Assembly (NCBI RefSeq): GCF_001194135.2
Contig: NC_068985.1
Location: 111,673,425-111,730,562 of the forward strand
Length of the DNA stretch: 57,138 bases
DNA from: Octopus bimaculoides
Lineage: Eukaryota
Direction: 5' to 3'
The notes under the pieces were generated by a model. The model saw nothing but the letters and a program-made list of their open reading frames with translations. It was not told the origin of the DNA and searched no databases. Position 1 is the stretch's first letter. Every line of letters starts with the position of its first letter. Shown piece after piece: positions 48,816-57,138 of this stretch. The position numbers and the translations under genes were made by a program.

Positions 48816-49140
48816 GGACAAGATACTGCAATAGCCTGGACTTCAGAGGTCCACAGCTCTTCAATATCCTCCCGAAAGACCTGAGAGACCTGCATGCAGT
48901 GGATGTAGGTGTCGTCAAGATGAGGCTGGACCTCTTCCTGTCAGGTGTCCCAGATGAACCAACCTCATGGCAGGAGGTGCAGATGAGAGCAGCTGCATCA
49001 AACTCTCTCATTCACCAAATGTCAATTCCTGAAGTAAAATTTGTGAAGTAAAATTGTGTAGCAACACCAAATGGCGGTGCCCCAGCATGGCTACAGCTCA
49101 TGAGCTGAAACAAGATAGATGAAAATGAAAAAAATGAAAA
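48813..49140 (+). mobile_element. CR1-like LINE 3' end (RT C-terminus plus 3' UTR)
   Basis: RTRYCNSLDFRGPQLFNILPKDLRDLHAVDVGVVKMRLDLFLSGVPDEPTSWQEVQMRAAASNSLIHQM, then a GAAAAT-like tail. Confidence 0.8.
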
Positions 49141-49274
49141 TATGTGCATATATCTCACTACATTACTTACTTCCCCAACATTTCATTTAATCCGAATCAA
49201 CAGTCACTTGTTATTTAAGGCTTCCATGGCAGAAACAACATTGACATAGCCAGAGTTGATTACATCCTGGACTA

Positions 49275-49355
49275 CCAAGAACTCGGAAAGTTAGGCCTGC
49301 AACCAAGCCTTTCACGATAATCTTAAAGCCAGGAACTTTTACACATCCCTTCGTA
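49275..49355 (+). mobile_element. Right half of a second mariner-type MITE
   Basis: Direct homology to 48737-48815, ending in ...AGCCAGGAACTTTTACACATCCCTTCGTA. Confidence 0.75.
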
Positions 49356-50094
49356 ATTGAGAATAGGAACGAAAACCGAATTCAAGACAGTGTGCTTGTT
49401 TTTTTTGTCTTTTTGCCCTTTTTTTTTCAACAATACTTTTACTGAGGGTCGAATTACCTCCAATTCTAACATCCATTTTAGCTTCCTGCGATCCATCGCT
49501 CGTGTTCTTAAATTATATTCTGAGTATATATATANNNNNNNNNNNNNNNNNNNNNNNNNNNNNNNNNNNNNNNNNNNNNNNNNNNNNNNNNNNNNNNNNN
49601 NNNNNNNNNNNNNNNNNNNNNNNNNNNNNNNNNNNNNNNNNNNNNNNNNNNNNNNNNNNNNNNNNNNNNNNNNNNNNNNNNNNNNNNNNNNNNNNNNNNN
49701 NNNNNNNNNNNNNNNNNNNNNNNNNNNNNNNNNNNNNNNNNNNNNNNNNNNNNNNNNNNNNNNNNNNNNNNNNNNNNNNNNNNNNNNNNNNNNNNNNNNN
49801 NNNNNNNNNNNNNNNNNNNNNNNNNNNNNNNNNNNNNNNNNNNNNNNNNNNNNNNNNNNNNNNNNNNNNNNNNNNNNNNNNNNNNNNNNNNNNTATATAT
49901 ATATGTATGTATATATATATGTATATCATTATTTCTGTAATTAATAAAAAAAAACAATTTAATATTTCTATAATGGCTTTGCCTCTCACTTCGGTTTTAT
50001 GTAACTTTTACTATACCTATTCCACGTGCTTTTATATCACCTTTTATAACACGTTTTTTTAATATGTATGAATGGGCCCTGGTGGCAATAAAAA

Positions 50095-50215
50095 TTTGTT
50101 ATTATTATTATCATCGTCATCTTCATCATCATTGCTACTACAACTACTACTATAATAATAATAATTATTATTATTGTTAGTAGTAGTAGTAGTAGTAGTA
50201 GTATTGTTGTTGTTG

Positions 50216-50273
<58 letters not shown>

Positions 50274-50284
50274 CATTATTGTTA

Positions 50285-50334
<50 letters not shown>

Positions 50335-51030
50335 GTTATTATTATTATTATCATGTCAGTTTCTCCTTCGACGTCCACTACTTCATCTGAATTATTTACG
50401 GTTTCCGGAATCCCTAATATTTTTATTACCGCGCCCGTAATACACTCAATATTCACACGCACACACCACACACACACACACACCACACACACACACACAT
50501 CACGTACAAGCACACACACACACAAGCACGAACATATATAGACACTCATAGATAGATACACCCACACACTGCACGCACATACGCATGTATCACAAATATG
50601 CGTACACTAAAACACACAGACATAATCACGCACACACGCACACACACTCACACACTTACACATGCAGACGTGTAACTATATATATATGCAACAAAACTAC
50701 TTATACACACACGATTTCCACACACATACATATATGTGTGCGTGCACAAAGACACACGCGTGTCCAATCAATCAGCGCACACACACGCACAACCATATAC
50801 ATACTCACACATGCATCTACACATACGCACATACACACACACACACACACAGACTCATAAATATTCTGTGAGTGATCTCATACTCGTGTGTATACACATT
50901 CAGCACAATGCTACCTATACAGTTAGTATAATAAATCAAACACACACACGCACACACGCACACACACTCAAACACACACGCACACTCACACACACACACA
51001 TCTGTACACATATACAGTCCATACACACAC
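50095..51030. repeat. (ATT)n tract followed by degenerate CA-rich repeat
   Basis: Direct inspection. Confidence 0.9.
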
Positions 51031-52703
51031 TACCATCATTATCTCCTCCACCTCTACCCCACCACCATTCAGTCTTTTATCCTCAAACTGTCATCCTCTA
51101 TGAATCTACTTTCTTAGCATCTTGCACCTCCATCTCTTTCTCATCACTTTCTCCTCCCACTAATCACTCCTCTCTTTCTCTCTTTCTCTCTCCCACTATT
51201 ACTCTCTCTCTCTCTCTTGCTTCGACCTCTTCTTCCTCTGATTCACCTTCACTTTGGCACACTTGCTCTGTCCTAACATCTTTCCGTTAATCTAATTTAG
51301 TTAGTAAATTTCCAAATCAAATCAAATCTCCTGTAAACCATTTGCAAGCAATAAAACTTTGTTGCTGATGTCACGAAGCGATATTTTATTATTTCACATT
51401 TACTCGTCTAGTCATTTAAGGTGAGGCAAAAATAAACCAACAACAAAAAAAAATAAAACAAAATGGCCGCAAAGTCAATGAAAGCACGCAATAGAATATT
51501 TTAAGCCAATATTACAAACCGGAAGCTGGTCGATTACTCTGTTTTAAGGTATTTTTCTTTGTACTTTTTGTTTTCTCTGCTGGGAGTTGGGGCTGTTTGG
51601 CTCCCAACTCAGCTCCGATCGAATATAATTCCGGGCAAATCTGCGAAAAGTTTGCAAAAGTATTGCATTATGATATCCGAGTATTTTTTCAACAAGATTT
51701 TATAGGTTTAATGTGTGTGTGTGTGTTTGTACGCATGTGTGTATGTGTGTGTCTGTGCGAGTGTGCGTGTATGTATGGTGTGTGTGTGTGCGTGTATGTA
51801 TGGTATGTGTGTGCATGTGGGGGTGGGGGTCTGAGCGCGTCAACGGATTATTAGTTTGACTACAGTATATAAGGATGTACTACATCTTTTGCCAAGACAC
51901 CGAAGAAATAAGCCGCCGGCTTATTGAAACAGCTGTATACAAGGCATAAGAATACCAATAGTGTTTCCTGCGTTTCATATTGCATGTCTTTTTGTATGTA
52001 TATATATATATATATATATATATTGATAGATAGATAGATACATATATACATTTCCATACATACATACACTTACGTATGTATGTATGTGTACAAAGTCATA
52101 AAAGGCAGCAATATGACGTAATGGTTGTTTTCCCGAACAAGCTTAATTTTTGGTAATCCCATTGGTTAAAATTACTGCCAATATACGAATTCTAAACTTT
52201 CGTCAAAGAAATCTTTCACGAAATACGGTTCTTATATTTCGGATATAAGCAATTATAAAAATCCTGATTTTTGGGAAATTACTCAGTGATCGTAAGATGT
52301 TACTAAACTCATCAACACTCACAATAGTGATTGTTGGATGTTACTAAACTCCACGACACTCACTCCTTGAAATATTGGCTATTTTCTATACCATGTCTAT
52401 GAGTTAAATCCAACAAGACTTATTTGAATTGTTGTGAACTCTAATAGTTAGTATGAAGGATTAACTAGTGTGAATTTTAAATTGTAACTCTCTACGACAA
52501 AATGACTTTACTTTCCAATTGTACTATAAATACTAAATGTACATAAATAAACTAATATAGCAATTATTTTCTGTTCCTACACGTTTTTCAACTTGTTACT
52601 GAAACTTATTTCTGCAATTATGAAACTGTATTTCTTCAACATACATGCACGCATAAAATGTCCGTTTGCGTTTCAGAGTATATATTTCTCGCTATGGCGT
52701 TTA

Positions 52704-52872
52704 TGTAGCTGGAGTCAGGATTTATGTATAATGATAATACTTATAAGTAAGTTATAAGTGACGTGTTTATCAATATATATTCCTACTTCAAAAGTAAAAT
52801 ATATTCATTATCTATTTCCAAATAGGAAACATATAAAGTAGTGTTACACAAACAGTAACCAAACCGGCTATA
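52704..52872 (+). repeat. Putative 5' LTR (169 bp)
   Basis: TGTAGCTGG...CCGGCTATA imperfect inverted termini immediately upstream of the PBS. Confidence 0.55.
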
Positions 52873-52877
52873 AAAAG

Positions 52878-52897
52878 TGGTGACCCCCCGACGTGAT
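52878..52897 (+). other. Primer-binding site complementary to tRNA-Trp
   Basis: TGGTGACCCCCCGACGTGAT versus the tRNA-Trp complement TGGTGACCCCGACGTGAT (two extra C). Confidence 0.9.
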
Positions 52898-53176
52898 CTC
52901 GTAGATAAACCACCACATCATAAAAGTATTGACACTTGTGAAAAAAATATAAAATTTTCAATAGAAAATAGATGACAGTTTCATTGCACAAAATTTTATT
53001 AAGAGAAATATTTGATATTAAAAGTTGAAGGAAAAAGAACGCTGAAGAAATAAACAATAATAGTTATAAGAAGTTTAACTGCACTTTCTAGCAAATTAAA
53101 ATTATATTTCATAGCTGTCGAAAGCATTATTTCACTAAGAGCAAAATTTTCTTATTGAAAATTGTAATACATTTGA

Positions 53177-54001
53177 ATGGAAGAAAATATTAAAGAGTTT
53201 GAAATGTCTTATTTTGATAGAGGATACATGCAAGCTTCTATGACAGTTTTGCATCCTGCTTGGACGGGAGATACCCTTGTTTGGTTTGCTCAATTAGAAG
53301 CAAGTTTTTCAGCAAACAGAATAACAACAGAGGTACAAAAGTATAACGTAATGTTAAGTAACTTACCACCACCTCTGAGTAATGAAATTAGGGACTTAGT
53401 AGATCCTACTGAACCATTTTCATATTCTTCCGTAAAGAAAGAGATACTAAAGAGGTCTTCCAATTCAAAGCAAAAAGAATTTGCTAAACTGTTCAATAAC
53501 GAACAACTAGGTAACAGAAAACCTACTCAACTTCTTCGTAGAATGAAAGAACTTGGAAATCAACAGATAGGAGAGTCTTATCTTAAGAAAGTTTTCTTTT
53601 GCAAGTTACCTCATAGTACTCAAACGCTACTTTCAGCGGTGAAAGAACAACGCTTTCTCAAACAATTGGTAGATTTGGCAGATGGTATTATGGAATTATC
53701 ATCTAGAGAGTCTGTAAATGCCTTGCCATCCATTTCTTCAGAATTACAGTTGATGAAAGAAATTTACGAGATACAGTTTAAATTATTAACAGACAAGATC
53801 GAAAGTCTTCAACTGGGAAGAGATAAACGCTCTTATAAAAGAAATAATGCAAGATGGCGTAGAAGATCAAAAAGTCCCGAAAGAAATGCTATATGCTGGT
53901 ACCATTCAAAGTTCGATGACAAATCTTATCGCTGTATTAAGCCATGCTCGTTTGATTTTCTGAACAAAAAAAGGTCGAGAAACTTTTCAACCACTGATTA
54001 G
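53177..54001 (+). CDS. gag: Gag protein (274 aa) with CHCC motif
   Basis: WFAQLEASF...LGNRKPTQLLRRM...CWYHSKFDDKSYRCIKPC (C-X2-H-X9-C-X3-C). The ORF is open. Confidence 0.85.
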   Translation: MEENIKEFEMSYFDRGYMQASMTVLHPAWTGDTLVWFAQLEASFSANRITTEVQKYNVMLSNLPPPLSNEIRDLVDPTEPFSYSSVKKEILKRSSNSKQKEFAKLFNNEQLGNRKPTQLLRRMKELGNQQIGESYLKKVFFCKLPHSTQTLLSAVKEQRFLKQLVDLADGIMELSSRESVNALPSISSELQLMKEIYEIQFKLLTDKIESLQLGRDKRSYKRNNARWRRRSKSPERNAICWYHSKFDDKSYRCIKPCSFDFLNKKRSRNFSTTD

Positions 54002-57000
54002 ACCCGACGAAGTCTGAGGACAATTTCATAAAAAGTCGCGTATTCTTCATGTTTGGCGCTAACTCCAAACAAAGATTCTTAATGGATACAGGAGCAGCTT
54101 GTTCCATTTGGCCTGCTAAACTTTTGAAAGAGAAACTTCAGCCTGCTTATTTGACTCTGCAAGTAGTTAATCAGTCTGACATCCAAACATTTAGAGAAAT
54201 TAGTTTAACTCTCGATTTGCATTTAAGGAGAGAATATAAGTGGATTTTCATTGTAGCAGATTTGCCTTATCCGATATTGGGGGTAGATTTTCTTTTCCAT
54301 TGCAATTTAATGGTAGATGTTAAGAAACAAAAATTAATTGACGCAGTAACGTCATTGAACATTCAAGGCATGAGATGCAGGAATGCAACAATTAGTCCAT
54401 TATATTTTATGGCGTCCTCGGAAAATCGTTATCACAGGATATTGAAGAATTACCCTGAAATTACAAAACCGTCAGCTCTAAACACCAAATGCGTTCATTC
54501 AGTCACTCATCACATTATAACTCATGGACCACCAAGTTTTTCCAAACCTCGACGGTTATCTCCAGAGAAATTAAAAATTGCTAAGGCCGAATTTCGTCAC
54601 ATGTTAGACCGCGGAATAATTCGTCCTTCTAGCAGTAACTGGTCAACACCTTTAGTTTTGGTTTTAAAAAAATCTCACAGACTAGCGTCCATGCGGGGAT
54701 TTTAGACAATTTAATGCAAAGACACAAGCAGATAAATATCCAGTCCCCCACATTTATGATTTTACGGCTTCGTTGAGTGGTTGTAATATCTTTTCGAAGA
54801 TAGATTTAGTTAGAGCATACAACCAAATTCCTGTTGAAGAAAAAGATATACCAAAAACAGCTATAACAACTCCATTTGGGTTATATGAATTCCTTCATAT
54901 GCTTTTTGGATTGAGGAACGCAGCAAATACTTTCCAGGGGTTCATCGATTAAGTAACAAGAGATTTACCTTTTGTATTTGCTTATATAGACGACATTTTC
55001 ATTGCTAGTCCGTCAGAACAAGTTCGTGAGAATCACTTGAAACAAATTTTCAAGAGACTAACTAAATATGGTATAGTAATAAATCCATCAAAGTGTGTTT
55101 TCAGTGAACGCACTATATCTTTTTTAGGTCATCTCTCATTAATAAAGATGGAATTTGCCCACTGCCAGAAAAAGTTGAAGCTATTAATAAATTTCCAATA
55201 CCAAATTCTTTAAGAAAACTCCGGGAATATTTAGGATTAATTAATTTCTACAGACGTTTTATTCCACTTTGTATAGAAAGTCTATTTCCTTTGACTGAAT
55301 TATTAAAGAATACGAAAAAGAAAAATGAAGCCATAACTTTTAAGGATGATGAATTAAAGGCTTTTCAAAGCATGAAGAAAAACTGTGTGAAGCAACATTC
55401 TTAAGCCATCCAGTTCCTGAAGCAAAATTATCGTTGGTAGTTGATGCTTCCGATGTTGGAATCGGTGGAGTTTTACAACAGTTTCATTGTGGTTCTTGGC
55501 AACCATTATCCTTCTTTTCAAAAAAATTCAAGGAACCAGAAACGAAATACAGCGTTTTCGGTAGAGTATTGTTGGCAGCTTACTTGTCAATTAAATACCT
55601 CTGACATCTTATTGAAGGTAGGTCATTTACATTATTTACTGACCGTAAACCATTGACACGTGCACTAAAAAATTCTTCTGAAAAATATTCTCCCAGAGAA
55701 ATTAGACATTTTGATTATATTTCACAGTATATTGTGGATATACAGTATATCAAGGGTGTTGAAAATTCTGCAGCTGATGCACTTTCTCGAATGAATGTTG
55801 ATGCATTAAGTTCATTAAGCACTATCGATTTAGAAGAAATGTCTAAAGATCAAACTACTGATAAAGAATTTTCTTTATATAAAGATTCAAGTTATACTTC
55901 TTTGAAATTTAAATTATTGCCTGTTCATTCTTGTAAATCACACATTTGGTGTGATATTTCTACTGGTTTTTCTAGACCATTTGTGCCTGAAAGACATAGA
56001 AAAGTTGTCTTTTCTACCTTACATAAATTATCTCATCCTGCTGTTGGAGCTTCATTGAAATTAATACCGAGTCGTTTTGTTTGGCCTGGTATGAATAAGG
56101 ATATTCGCTCTTGGGTTCAATCGTGTACGCAGTGCCAAAAAGCAAAAGTAAATCGTCACATTAAAGCACCATTAGGTACTTTTGCAACTCCTGATGCCAG
56201 ATTCCAACACATTCATATTGACATAGTTGGACCATTACCTCCAGTGGAAGGTAATATTTATTTGTTAACATGCATAGATCGTTTTTCGCGATGGCCAGAA
56301 GCTTATCCAATCAAAGACATATCTGCAGTAACTATAGCAAGAACTTTATTTACCAATTGGATGTCTAGATTCGGCATACCCAATACATTGACGACAGATC
56401 GTGGGAGACAATTTGAGTCTACACTTTTTGCAGAATTCAACAAATTGTTGGGAAGTCATAGAATTCGTACAACTTCCTATCATCCACAATCTAACGGCAT
56501 AATAGAAAGGTTTCAAAGGCAGTTGAAATTTTCATTAAGAACTTATTCTGATTCTCGCAGTTGGTTGGAAGCTTTACCAGTGACATTGTTAGGAATCAAG
56601 AGTGCTGTTAAAGAAAGTTTACGATATTTTCCTGCTGAACTTTTGTACGGAACAACATTAACTTTACCTGGTCAAATGTTTGGAGAAACCAATTCTTTTA
56701 ATGAAGATATTAACAATTATGTAACCCGGCTCAGGAGATTTCTTTCTGATGTCCCTTCTTTTACATGTAAATTACAAAATATTAAAAGTTTCGCTCCTTT
56801 TGATAATAATTCTTGGACTCGTGTACTTGTACGTAATGGTGCCAGTCGTCATTCACTGATTAAAAATACACTGGACCTTTTAAAGTTTTGTCAATTAAAA
56901 ATAAAACTATGACTTTGGATATGCATGGTAAAAAGGAAATTGTCAGTTTAGACAGAGTTAAAAAAAGCATATTTCGATCAGTCTTCATATCATGAAAAAG

Positions 57001-57138
57001 ATTTGAGCAACACATTTCAAAATAACTTGAAACAGAACAATTCACAAGACAGCGAACTTAAAGTTGAGGAAAAGATCCACAGGTCAATTTTAAAATCACA
57101 TACCAGCGAAAAGAAAACTAGAAATGGTAGAATTGTAC
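54001..57138 (+). pseudogene. pol: Pol: protease, RT, RNase H and integrase, with several frameshifts and stops in RT/RH
   Basis: Protease FLMDTGA; RT YIDD at 54983-54994; RNase H VDASD..IGGVLQQ; integrase HHCC (LHKLSHP..CTQCQ) and HIDIVGPL, TTDRGRQF, GIIERF in ORF 55653-56912. Confidence 0.93.

Larger units (their letters stand above)
52704..57138 (+). mobile_element. Ty3/gypsy LTR retrotransposon, CsRn1/Kabuki/Boudicca-like clade (3' end outside the window)
   Basis: Putative LTR, tRNA-Trp PBS, CHCC gag, and pol in PR-RT-RH-IN order. Confidence 0.95.

Noticed and set aside
52296-52363. Two copies of GATGTTACTAAACTC...ACACTCAC 41 bp apart
   Set aside because: An ordinary local tandem duplication with no further structure.

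Overview
AT-rich, microsatellite-saturated animal genomic DNA with 21 N-gaps, most flanked by simple repeats. The repeat repertoire and SINE types suggest a coleoid cephalopod, probably Octopus (inference). I recognise no host protein-coding exon with confidence, and most ORF-track entries are microsatellite or N artefacts. Identifiable content is transposon-derived: a decayed mariner plus mariner-type MITEs, more than 20 tRNA-derived SINE copies of about four types, RTE, CR1-like, L1/Tx1 and restriction-like-endonuclease (R4/Dong-type) LINE fragments, several Penelope-like element (PLE) pieces, a probable solo LTR, and a CsRn1-clade Ty3/gypsy element (169-bp LTR, tRNA-Trp PBS, CHCC gag, broken pol) running off the right end. 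The most interesting signals are: (1) three type-I hammerhead-ribozyme motifs in tandem or inverted PLE/retrozyme-like repeats (2.6, 34.5 and 44.9 kb); (2) a cluster of long fold-backs at 32.9-34.7 kb, including a pri-miRNA-like 117-nt hairpin, interleaved with a chain of minus-strand splice signals; (3) a 2A-like (StopGo) VEPNPGP motif heading a PLE-type N-terminal ORF; (4) a CR1-like LINE 3' end sharing a covarying hairpin with the main SINE tail; (5) chimeric retrotranscripts, including a TSD-flanked SINE dimer and TAA-associated RLE chimeras. All assignments are by eye, with no searches or folding software run.
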